The notes under the pieces: generated by a model
Told to the model about the DNA's origin: nothing
What the model saw: only the letters and a program-made list of their open reading frames with translations
Database searches by the model: none
Program-made: the position numbers and the translations under genes
NCBI RefSeq assembly: GCF_009914755.1
Contig: NC_060926.1
Strand: one strand, 5' to 3'
Source: the human T2T-CHM13v2.0 reference genome, Homo sapiens
DNA: 64,000 nt
Shown: one piece after another, positions 15,189 through 29,145 of the stretch
How the letters are laid out: the number at the start of each line of letters is the position of its first letter
Numbering within the stretch: the first letter of the stretch is position 1

Positions 15189-16437
15189 AATGATGAATTA
15201 TTTTTTTAAATCATTATTTCCTCTGCTTCAAAAACTAAACTTTTAGTATTAAAAATGTAGAGGCTTGCTTTTATTTCATTCTGAATGAAATCCTTTGTCA
15301 GAGGGACCCAGTTGCCATGTGCTATTCAGGGAAAGATGGTCAGTTCTAGTGCTGAGATATAGTCTAAGATGCAGGACCTGGATGTTTTTCTCAGATTCTT
15401 TGATTCTCCAGGGGGAATCAGAAGATGAAAATCAAACCTTAGCCCTGTACATTTCAGAAGCAAGGAAAGGACTAGTGAGAACACCAGCTCTCTCCACTGC
15501 TCTGATCCTAGGTGTAGTCACTCCATACCTGTTAACTGAGTAACAGAAGGATGCCTCCTAAAACTGCGAACCATTTTATAGAGAAGATATGTCTATTAGA
15601 ATTTTTCACCACAGCAATGGATTATGGGTTTTTTTCTGTGTTTCTATTCATGCCTCTTCCATGCATTAGACGAGAAGCAAAGGCAGAACTATTAGACTTC
15701 AAATAAATTTGGCATAATGGTTCAAACCATTCCAAGTGAAAAGGAAAAAATCAAGATGAATCAACCAATTAAAGCCATAGTTGAAGTTTATTAGTAAAAT
15801 GTAAAGGTATATCAAAAATGAATAGAGAGGAAAATCTTAATTCAATGACAATATTTCTTATCCTCAGTTATACTTGATACTTTCATGCTACAAGAAAAGT
15901 TAATATCTAGTCCTTAAATACGTTGTTGATTTTTCTTGATCCGCAACTGTGATCTTGTTTAAACCCACTTAGTATCCAGTAAAGGTTGCCTTCATTCCAT
16001 GTGACCACAGGGATGGCTTACCCCTTGCTCTGTTTATGTAGAATTATGTAATGAGATTATCATTTCTGCATGCTAGAAAGATGTAGTGTTTAACCATTTC
16101 AGATCCTCCTAGCATTAAATTCATCACTGATGTCTATTTTCGGTAATCTCTTTTCTTATTCTGTCTTCTATAAACTTTCCATATTTACTTAGCTTGCCCA
16201 GTGGAGAGCACACAATAACTGTCAGTAGCGATCATGAGAGTCTTGAGGATTGGGGAAAAGTGCAATGAGAAAGCCAGGAGGCTGAAATAGAGGTTTGAAA
16301 GCAAAAGAGAAAGAGGGAAATGTCTAAGCTTTTCTTTTTCCTATTTAAAATTAACCACATTACAGGAAATTGAGGAAAAATGAAAAAAAAAAAAAGATGC
16401 TCTCTTCTTCATAATCCCATACAAAACAACCACTTTA

Positions 16438-16734
16438 TTATTATTATTATTATTTTGAGATGGAATCTTTCTCGGTAGCCCAGGCTGGAATACAGTGGAG
16501 CAATCTCAGCTCACTGCAACCTCTGTCTCTTGGGTCCCGGTTCAAGCAATTCTCCTGCCTCCTGAGTAGCTAGGATTACAGGCACAGGCCACCATGCCCA
16601 GCTAATCTTTGTATTTTTAGTAGAAACGGTTTCGCCATGTTGGCCAGGCTGGTCTTGAACCCCTGACCTCATGATCCGCCTGCCTCAGCCTCCCAAAGTG
16701 CTGGGATTACAGGCATGAGCCACTGCGTCCGGCC
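16438..16734 (-). mobile_element. AluS with (TTA)n tail and 6-nt right-arm insertion
   Basis: TSD caaccacttta at 16427-16437 and 16735-16745; tgggtcccggttcaag at 16531. Confidence 0.96.
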
Positions 16735-17519
16735 CAACCACTTTAATTTTTATATATTTCTTTCAGTCTTTTATTCTATATATTTTGCCTGGCTTTATAT
16801 AAATCTTGTTTCCTGGTTTTATTTAATATGATATTATAGCTAATTTTTTACCCCGTTACAGTCTTCCACAAATCCATAATTTTTCACTGCTGCATAATAC
16901 TCCATCAGGTGGAGACAACAAAATTTAATTAGTAGTCTTTAGTATGACAGAGTTTGAAAGAACTCTGCTTGGAAATAAAAAAGATAGATTAAGAGTGTAA
17001 CCATAAAATGAAACAAGCCAAGAAAATTAAGAGAGAAAAATTTTTGAGCAGAATTCCTTCCAGTTTTTCAAAGGTTAGACATGCCACCATGCATGAGCAC
17101 AAAGCACAATGAAGACTGAGCATATATGATTAAGAGGTTAGTTTCATAATCAAATAATTTAAATTATTATGATACATTTAATGATATGTAAAATTTTAAT
17201 AGCACTTTATGGTAATTAGACATAAATAATAAATTTTAACATAGGTAACCCCATAATGTAATTAGGGATGATTTTACATACCAAACAGGATTCTCAAAGT
17301 TCCTCTTTGTTCTCCAGTACTGTTCTTATAATCGTTGTCAATGTCAAGTATTACCCTGACACTTGTCTCATCCAATGATACTGGAAGATATCCCCCCAAA
17401 ATGAAACTTTTTGTATTTATGGATAAAAATTATTTAACGTGCATAAAGTACTGTGAAATACAATGTAAAGAACACTGAGATAATTTGGATATATTCCTGA
17501 TTTCAGGTAGCCATAGAGA

Positions 17520-19150
17520 TGAATACTTCATTTATTCATTCGCTCATTCATTCCTTAAGAGAATAATAGGAACTAAGGCTAAAGAAGTGAGTGAGGGGAA
17601 GGGTCAGGAAGAGCCCTCTGGGTCAGTGTAAATGATCTGAACTTGATTTCAGAGGCAATAGGGAGCCGACAGAGACCTTTCAGCAAGGTTTAAACACACA
17701 CACATTTATACATTTTTTTAGAAATGAACATGGGAGAAGTGTGGAAAAGGGACTAGAGTAGGAGAGATTTGTGGCAAGACATTGAGTCAGTAGGAGACTT
17801 TTGGAAAATCCCAGAGAACACAAGGGCCTGCTCAAAGGCACTGGCAGCAGGATGGAATTGAGAGAGAGAGAGAACGCACATGTTTGTAATTTAAGAGATT
17901 GTCTCTCTACTGGAACAAGCTAGAAGGGAGGAGGAAGAGGCTTAAAGAAAAAGGTAAGTTATGCTTTTACTTGAATTTGAGAAGCCTCTGGACAGACTAG
18001 AGGAGAGGTCTTATTTTTAGGTAGTAGACTGAAACAGAGAAGGGGAGAAACAAGCCCTTTTAAATGTTAAGAAGGAAGAGGCAGAAATGAAAGCACACTT
18101 GTCCTGCCAGCAGTACATTTCAAGAAGTATAGAATGCTAGACAGTGCTCAGCTACAACAAATTGACAAGAATAGGATCCAAAAATGGACACAGGGGTCAT
18201 CTGTGACCTTAGCAAGAAAAGTTTAAGAAAGTTCATTGAGTTAAAACCCAGACATTAATAACAAGTGTTTACTGACTGTTTTCTATGGGCGGGCACTGTT
18301 CCAGGGACTTTACCGTAGATTATCCCATTTAACTTTCCATAATCCTGTGATATGTTTTCTATCATTATCTCCACCTCACAGATGAAAAAACAGGTTTGGA
18401 GGACTGAGAAACACGAGGCCACCAGATAGATAATAAGAAACAGCTGGGGATCAAAGCAGGCAGAGTCCACAAGCCAAGCAGGGCCTCACCACACTAAGTA
18501 ATGGGTCGGAGGATACTTAGGAGTTGAGGAAACAGTGAAAACAAGTGTCGACATCCCTTCTAAGATTCCATGGGTTGGACGACAGAGGCTGGGAGAGCAG
18601 CTGGCCCATTACCCACCCCTAGGAAGAATGGCAGATCCTTGAGCAGCGATGATGTCTGAGGATGGGAGAAGCCCAAGCAAACAAACAGTAAAGTGATCTA
18701 ATGACGTGAGGTATTGGGAGAAGTTGGGGAGGGATGAAGCTTTAGTCTGCTGGTTTCTGTCAAGAAATCTAGGGGTAATGGTGGGGACTTTAAGCAAAAT
18801 CATGGCTGATGTGTTCAAGTACTGCATGCAACTGAGAGTGGGGTGCTGTAGGACATGCAGTTTGATAGCAGCATAAAATCCGGAATCACTGCCATGGGAG
18901 ATGTAAACGAAAGCTGTGGAGGAATAAGTAAAATCATTACTGAGCAGTCCTGAGGCAAGAGAAAATAAATTGGAGGTTGTATGTAGGTGGCTACAGCATT
19001 ATGGGTGAGGTGGAGGGTCTGGGGGAACAGCTGTAAATTGATGGGTGTCCTGAAGGAAAGAAAGTACATGGGTAGATGGCTTCAGTGAGAATGGAGAGGA
19101 GTTTGTTGCCGTGTTTTGTTTTTTAAAAAGACTGGAAAAACACGTTCTTT
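17520..19150 (-). mobile_element. L2 fragments, interrupted by a MIR
   Basis: tcattcattc tail; gaggcaatagggagcc..agagacctt; purine-rich antisense L2 composition. Confidence 0.6.
18256..18495 (-). mobile_element. MIR, near full length
   Basis: tttactgactgttttctatgggcgggcactgttcc...ccacctcacagatgaaaaaacagg. Confidence 0.85.
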
Positions 19151-19455
19151 AAGTAGTAAAATGGAGGCAGGAAATGCTGTTACGGCCTCCAAGCCCAGAG
19201 ATGATATAATAGCTAATGTTAACTGAGCACCAAAGTATGTATTGGAACTGTTCTACACACTTTATAACAAGTCTGTGAAATCAGAACCTTATTAGAGTTA
19301 GCTGGGAGAATGCACAGCTCCTGTGTGTAAGGACCACCAGCAAAGCCAAGTTTCAGTTACCATAAAAAGTTGGAGGAAAGGATTTAGTGAAAGGAAATGC
19401 AACCTTAGTTAGAAGGAAGAGAGTGGGTAGATGTTTTCCCTCTAACAGGAAAACA

Positions 19456-19623
19456 TCAGTGTTTCTCGTCTTCACCTGAACAAGGTTTCACCTGGAGTTC
19501 ATGGTAAAATACAGATTCTGACTCAGAGTTCTGATTCTGGAAATTCTGATTCAAAGTTTGAGTGGGCCTTGAACTCATTTTTGAAATAAGCTCCTCATGA
19601 TCATAGAAGTTTGGGAAACACCA
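19456..19623. mobile_element. MER5-like hAT-Charlie MITE
   Basis: cagtgtttctc...aaaatacagattctgactcag...gtgggcc...aagctcctc...tttgggaaacac. Confidence 0.55.
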
Positions 19624-19963
19624 GTAAGGGGTTTAACCACCAGTGTTAGAAACTGGGTCAGCAGAAGAGAATGCCAGAAATGAGGGATGAGAGGGAGGGA
19701 AGAGGGAAAGAACCAGCACCCAGATGAGCCTAAAAGGATGGGAGGGAGATCCCCAGCCCTATACTCAAAGATAAGAGGCTCCAAGTCTCTGATCTGGTAG
19801 AAGCCCACAAGGGACTGGAGACCAGTCCTCACACCCTACCAACTCCAGTAGCCAAGTGGAGTCTCCTGGCTCACATCTTTAACAAATGACATGAGAGCAC
19901 ACAGAACATCAGGTCCCTCTAATCAGTTTTGATATCGAGACCAAGTATCACATGGTGTAATCC

Positions 19964-20278
<315 letters not shown>

Positions 20279-20813
20279 TAATCCACTTTTAGGGTTAAAA
20301 TATGTCCTTTTCTGAATCACCACCTCACCCCACAAAAGCAACTTATGCCTGCTACCAGACACCTAAAATCCTTTGCAGGGGGACCAAGGGTCCACCACCC
20401 TCTCACAGTTATAACAGACTTAAAATGCAAAAGCCAGGAAGAGAGGATGCATTGAAATTCCTTCACAGTACAGTGAATCCATCAATCAACCAGTGTAAAC
20501 TACTGATCTCAGTGCCCTGAACAGGCAGGTTGAACAAAGGGATTCGAGGCCATTGGAGGCCTGGGTACTGGATACCTGTTGTCAGCCACCTCCCTAAGGG
20601 AAACAGAGGTGGAAGGGAAAAAAGAAGAAAGTTTCAAGTAAGTGTCATTTTTCTTTGTTTTACCTCAGAAGGCCCAAGGCTGGCCTGTTTACATTCAGAA
20701 TAGAAAAGCCAACATGAGAGCTGCGTACTGAGGTATTCTTACTCTGCCAGAGCTTACCCAGGCACAGCTTCTCAGGAGTGCAGCTTCACCATGCTCCCAG
20801 GGCTGGAAGTTAG

Positions 20814-21134
<321 letters not shown>

Positions 21135-21992
21135 TTTTTTTTTTCTTTCTTTTTTAAGGAGAAAAGAACCGTCTGTGGCTACTTCTAAAGCAGCTGCTGA
21201 TAGGCTCTGATTAAGAGTTATCAGTAGGTTCCTTCAAAGTCTTGAATCAGGAAGCCACGAAAAAAACTCTGAGAAAAAATATAGAGGGGAGTTTGAGAGG
21301 GCTAAATACTGATTCTCACAGACTTTGATTGAAAAATTGTACTGAATTTGAAACACATGAGCAATGGTTGTTCTCAAAGGCTCCATAATTCAGCTACTTC
21401 ACTACAAATTCACTGAACTGCCTCTGGTTTTGCTTCAAATCCCTGCCACCACCAAAAATGTTAGAGGCAATCAAATACCGGGTTATAATTCATGGAGATT
21501 AATATTGACAGGCAGACAGGTCCCTCCTCTCTGAGTTTCATGGGATTGGCCTCCAGTGAACCTGGACACTTGACAACTGTTAGGTGAAATCTACATGTGC
21601 ATGCTGAATCTTTAGGGACGAATCCAGAATGTACCCATGTTCCATGATTATGATGAAGTCTAATATTATTATATTTGGGGTTTTTTTTTAAAAAAAAGCA
21701 AACATAGACTCTGATTTTGACCAGTATATTGGCAAAGAGAAGATATGAGCTATTATTTTACATTGTTATTTTAAAATATAATTTCATAAATGACTTCTGT
21801 ATTACCCACACTCTTTAGCAAAATTCACTAATTAGCAAAATTGGCTAATTCTCTGCTTACTATGTACCATCCTAGTAATTGGCAAACAAAAAAAGTGGCA
21901 GCATCTTATATCTCTGCATTAATACAAATTAGCAGGTATTACAGTGAGAGCTCTTATTACTTGAATACTTGTTCTTAAAAATATATGTGTGG

Positions 21993-23541
<1,549 letters not shown>

Positions 23542-24204
23542 TGGACATTTATTTGCCCATGGTATATAGTACACACAAAATTCACAATTTTTTGTCACAA
23601 TGACAACTGCTGCTCATATTTGCATTTCTTCAATGCTTGCTAATCAAAATCAAGTGTTCCATAATAGATCTGCTAATTATATATGTCGTTAAGTAGTAAC
23701 TTCCTCAAAAGGCTGTGTTCAAAGTAGATAATGCCAAGCTTTGGAAGGTCGGAAGGTACTGTATATTTATGGCTTGCATATCTACTAATTTGTCTCCTCT
23801 AGTTTTACCCATTTCTGCTTGTCATCTTTACCACTTGTTTGTACTGTTTTAGAGTAATCCTTCCAGCTAGCGTTAATGCCAGTCTTCCCATCTCCATTGC
23901 TTATGCTCTAGCTTCATGTCCGTTTCCTTTGAATCTAGTGATTTCCCAACCAATAAAAGCGAACGGAGAGTGGTATGTATTGGTAGACAATTAAATTAAT
24001 AAACCTATATCTGAAAAGCTCAGAAACATGTAGACAATGTATATATTTCTGTTTGGGGGAGGACTGCAGTTAATGAGTAGGAAAGGGGAATTAGTACAAG
24101 GTCTAACAAGAAACTAGAGGGATGCATCAAGCAGAACAGAAATAACTATGCATTTCCTTCTTTAACCTTTCCTAATCATTTCTCTCCTTTTCCTTCTTGT
24201 TGTT

Positions 24205-25353
24205 TAAAACTTTTTCAGTTTTAGACTACCAGAAATTTGCAAAGAAGTAGCACAGTTTTCATATACTTTTTACCCAATAATTACCCCCAATGTTAAAATA
24301 GTGCGTAACGATGGTACAGAGGACCAAAACTAAGAAATTAACATGGTTACAAAACTATTAACTAACCTACAAAACTTATTTGAATTTCACCAGTTTTTCC
24401 ATTAATGTCCTTTTTCTGTTTCAGTATCTAATCCAGGATACAACATTGCATTATTTGTTGTAACTCCTTGGTCCCCTGTGCTAGCTATGTGACAGTTCTT
24501 CCCTTTTTCCTTATCTTTCATGACCTTGTTACTTTGGAATGTAGTAGTGAGTTATTTTGTAAAATGTCACTCAATTTGGGTTTTTCTTACCATGATTAGA
24601 TTGAGGTTATGCATTTTTGGCTTGAATACTGCTGAAGTGATATACTCTTCTTAGGAAGTACATGATGTTGATGTATCTTATAACTAGTGATGTTCATCTT
24701 GATCATTTCATTAAGCCATGTCCGCTGGGTTTCTTCACTATGAAGTTACGATTTTTCCCTTTGTAATTAATACATATCTTGGGGAAGATATTTTGAAACT
24801 ATGCAAATATCCTGTTTCTTTTCATGTTTTCACCCACAACTTTTACCATCCATTAGTGGTTCTTGTCAGTAGCAATAGTTACCATGGTGTTTCAATGGTG
24901 ATTTCCTGTTGCACTAATTCCTTCTACATTCATTAATTGGAATTCTTATCTAAGGAAGAACTATACTTTCTCCCACCACTAATGTCTCTATTCGCTTAGT
25001 TATGTCATTATGAGATTCATGGATATTTATTTTATTCTAAGGGTTATAATCTAGGCCTATCATTTATTTTGTTGCTCAGATTATTCAGTATTGGCCACTG
25101 GGAGCATTTTCAGGATAGCTCATGTTCCATTTTAACTTGTCCATACCTTTTGAAGAAGTTTCTTATTTTTTGGCACCGTGAAATGCTGTAAGTTTACCTC
25201 ATAGGTTCCCCGCCACAGCCCAGGAATGAACCACTTCTCCGAGGAAGTCTGGCTCCTTTATTGTAGAAACCAAGATCTGAGCTCTAGGAATACTCATTGC
25301 TTGAGTATCATTGTTTCTAGACTCTCTCAGGAAACAGAACCTGGAAAGTTTAC

Positions 25354-25403
<50 letters not shown>

Positions 25404-26160
25404 CGATCTAAACTATGTCTACACATATCTATATTTACTTCCAAATCTATCTGTATGCACATTAAAAAACCATGAGTTTATACTGATACCTCCAATTCTA
25501 ATCCAATACCACAGTAATCATTCTAGCCTCTTCCTCTTTCATTATTTGTAACTTCTTTCTCATGCAGTAAGAAAGCTATCTCTGACTATCTGCAATATAA
25601 TTATTTGTTCAACCCTCATATATTAATAAATTTTTTTTCAGAATTGCTAATCCATACCCTAGTACTAAGCAGAGTGCAGTACTTGTGTACATTTCTTTTT
25701 GCCTTTAGCTTTGTGGTATTTTCTCAAAATACGGTTTTCTAATGATACTTAGTTATTTTCTTTCTCAAGCCCTTCAGTGTGGTTATGTTAGTTATTTGTA
25801 ATAACATTAGCTTCACTTGTTATAGTTTGTATATCTGTTTGGGTTCCCTCCATACCTTGGTTGATTGTTTTAATGTACATACGGTGAAATTCACTCTGTT
25901 GTATACAGTTCTATGGGTTTTACAAGTGCAAAGAGTCATGCATCCACAGTCATGATACAGAATAGTTCCATAACCCCAGATTTCCCCCTCACCCCTCAAA
26001 TCACTGATCTGGTTTCCATCTCTGTGGTTTCATCTTCCTGGTATGTAATGAATGGAACCAGACAATATGTAGCCTTTTGGATCTGGCTTCTTTCATTAGC
26101 AAAATGTACTTGGTGTTCATAGGTTGCCGTGTGAGTAGTATACTGTTGCATGGTTGTTTA
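24205..26160 (-). mobile_element. L1MC (L1MC4-like) 3' region
   Basis: aaaactaagaaattaacatgg...ttcaccagtttttccattaatgtcc...atccaggatacaacattgcatt, and later gatctggcttctttcattagc. Confidence 0.85.
25355..25402. repeat. (TAGA)12 tetranucleotide STR
   Basis: Perfect repeat read directly. Confidence 0.97.
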
Positions 26161-26936
26161 CTTCCTTCTTCTAACCTAATTTGTGATTCTTGCCCATGCA
26201 TCTAATGTTTATATTTATAAAATTGCCCACTGGCTTGATGCTTATTGGATTGCTCCTTTGGGACTCTGAAACTGACTTGAAACTATGTTTTTTATCTCCC
26301 CTTAGCACAGTTTACCTCACTTCATCTTATTTACTGTGGTTACTTGCCACAACCATCAGTCATTTTAACATTCCAAGGAGGGTTACAGCCAACCCTTAAT
26401 TATTTTTGGTAAGTTTGACAGAGAGAGAATGGATAATTGAAATCTTCACATAATCTGCAAGCCTTATAATAGCTACTTCTTCTTCCCTCAACTACTTAAA
26501 GGTAGCAAAATTGACTCACTTTAAGTTTTATATCCTTTCCCTTCCTTTACTTATCCTCTGGTAGGAGCACTAATGAGTCCTCAGGTGACCATAAAAATGG
26601 AAAGACAGAGAAAAAGGGGAAGCACAGGCTGTGGGTAATCTACATAGGAGATAAAAAGCCTCTGAGTCACTGAGAATTGATGACACTCTAGTAAAATAGA
26701 TCTGAGTAGGGATTTTGTGTCTTTGACTATTTTTGATTCCTATATAATGCTTGGTACTTGTTGATTCAATGATGGACTTATGGTCAGTCCTAAAAGTCCA
26801 CCTAAAATAATATACTCCTACTCAGAAACTGCCAACCTCCTAGCTCTATTTTCCTTCCTAGCTGTGTCTATGTGCTCTCCACGGCAAAGCCTGAGGTTAA
26901 TTTGTGGTATGGGGAGAATCTTAATTGCATTAACGC

Positions 26937-27100
26937 AGGCATTTGTAACTTAACATACATGGATAGGTATACATAGTCTTTTGGGAATCTGCGAACTCTT
27001 AGAAATTATAAATAGAAATGTATACACATTTCCTGGGAGAGAGAACCATAGTTTCCATCACACTTCAAAAGTGTAAAGCAAACAAAATTAAGGCCTTTGA
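26937..27100. mobile_element. hAT-Charlie-type MER MITE remnant
   Basis: gggagagagaaccatagtttccatcacacttcaaaag resembles the Charlie MITE motif ccatagctttcatcagattctcaaag. Confidence 0.45.
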
Positions 27101-27194
27101 CCAGCAAGATCATCTATAGAACTCCTGTAATGCTGACATACTAACCCTGAGAGCCCTCATACTCTGTTTCTGGGAGATCTTCCTTTGAACTCTA

Positions 27195-27312
27195 GAAACA
27201 TTCACTAGACTATAAATTCCTTAAGAGAAAATATTGAACCTTTTTTTTTAATCTCCAGCACCTCACATTAGAGCCTGTATAATAGGTATTTGAAAAATAC
27301 TTCCCGAATTAA
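27195..27312 (+). mobile_element. L2 3' end
   Basis: cactagactataaattccttaag...tctccagcacct...ataataggtatttg. Confidence 0.6.
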
Positions 27313-28439
27313 TTTGATATTTTTAGGCTGATAGGATTTCTTAGTCTACTGATACAATAAGAAATCTGATTAGCTTATGTTGTTTGTGAGATACATAATT
27401 TAGTTTGCAGGAATCCACAAAGCTTTGTCATATATCAGTTAATTAGCTAATAAATTACCAAATTCAAGTGAGTTTATGCAGTACTTTTTTTCAAGTACTT
27501 CTTATACTCACACCACATGCCTTTCTTTCCTAAATCCCTGTAAAACCTAGAAATATATTGCCCCTTCTCTTGCTACCTGATAGAGGGAGAGTTCGACTGA
27601 TTTGGAAAAGAACAATATGCAGTGTGAAATCTTAACAAAAACGTTTTATGTTAGTGTTTTAAACTTTGGTACACAGTCTAAATTGCAAAAACTGTGTCAT
27701 TATTTAGAATGGACATGTTCCAGCTTCGTTAATTTATAAATTCCTATAGAGGGCTTTCTGGAAAAACACTGATAATCCATATGTTCAGTATTCTAAAAAA
27801 TATACTTAGCCTGAGTTTTGGAAGCCTAGTGTGATTCTACTTCATCTACCAAGTGCTACCCAATCTCTTTTACATCTCGCCACGCTAATCTCTTTTACAT
27901 CAGATAATGGTACCATTGAAAGGTAGGTAGCACAGCCCCATGCTGTCTGTGTCATTTCTGACCCCCCTGACTCAACATTAGTTGAGGCCTAGGCTAGTAG
28001 CTACCAGTCAGTGAAAAGCTCAATGAGATATACTTAAGGTAGCTACATTAATTAAAATGCATATATACGTACATATAAATATATAGGTATGTCAGTATAC
28101 CAATACTTTGCAAACTGGGATCCCACAGCCTGAATTTGACCCATGTAGACCTTATTTGGAAGCCACAGAGTATTAATTTTTAAAAAACATGAGCCAATAT
28201 TTAAAAATCAAGGTATTTCACTAAACAAATTTTTAATTTCAAAAATATTTTTAATAGAAATCACTGGCTCATGTTTAAAACTTTCTCTATAAATTCAAGT
28301 TTCATGATAGGCTTTTATATATTCTACAAATTTCTTTTAGAGCTCTAGATCTGCAATTCTGCGATATTACAAAGTCTGGAATCGTGTTTTGTCTTTCACC
28401 TGTGAAAATGTTACTGTTAATCCACATATGGTCAACAAA

Positions 28440-28665
28440 ACTGGCATTGAGCTGTTTTTCCGGGAGAAGTGATGGATTCATGCTGCTCCATCCACATATT
28501 CTTGGCAAGTGCCCTTTTGACCACTGGCATGTATTTTTAAGACTCTCTGGGGTTGGGAGGAGAGCCTGTGGTAATGGAAAAGATCCAAGTTAACTGGCCC
28601 ACACAGGGGAGCCAACCCATGACCTTGACCCCATTACCACAGTGTTCTAACCAATTGAGCTAAAT
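28440..28665 (-). mobile_element. MamSINE1-like tRNA-Ile-derived ancient SINE
   Basis: Reverse complement of 28595-28663 (ttagctcaattggttagaacactgtggtaatggggtcaaggtcatgggttggctcccctgtgtgggcca) aligns with tRNA-Ile(AAT); the body gtggatggagcagcatgaatccatcac...ggaaaaacagctcaa matches MamSINE1 as I recall it. Confidence 0.75.
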
Positions 28666-28999
28666 AATTGAGTAATTGTTTCTTAGCAATCTGATCAAAT
28701 CAGATGGCTTATAATAAGACTCTGTCTGTGAACAAGCGTGAGGATGTCAGTGAACAGAGAGCTTAGGATAAGGGGAAAGTTATCCAGTCTGCAGGTTGGT
28801 TGGCATTTTATATTTGGCCAAGTAGTCAATAAATTGGACTTTGTCATTATGGCTAATTGCATTTCTGAGCAATGAGAACTTACCAAAAAAAAATGAAACT
28901 TTAATTAAGTAGAGTTTTTTTTTTTTTTGAAGGATTCAGATTTTTCAGTTCATAATTGACAACATATGTACAAACAACTGGGGCACCGAGCAGGAGGGA

Positions 29000-29145
29000 A
29001 AGAACTTTGTGCTGAGTTGAGGGGTTCAGGTCCCTGTTTGATCCCAGCTACTTAGTGTGATAGTGTGACCTTAGGTAGGTCACTTGACTTTCTGAGCTTT
29101 GGGAGGGATTAGATAAACATGATCTCACAGATCCCCCTATCCCTA
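29000..29145 (+). mobile_element. MIR/MIR3 fragment
   Basis: tgtgaccttaggtaggtcacttgactttctgagc...gattagataaacatgatctc. Confidence 0.6.

Noticed and set aside
17948-17959. Perfect donor AAG|GTAAGT
   Set aside because: Lies within an antisense L2 with no good upstream acceptor.
28595-28663. Functional tRNA-Ile gene
   Set aside because: B box, stems and 5' end are degenerate, and the sequence continues into a SINE body.
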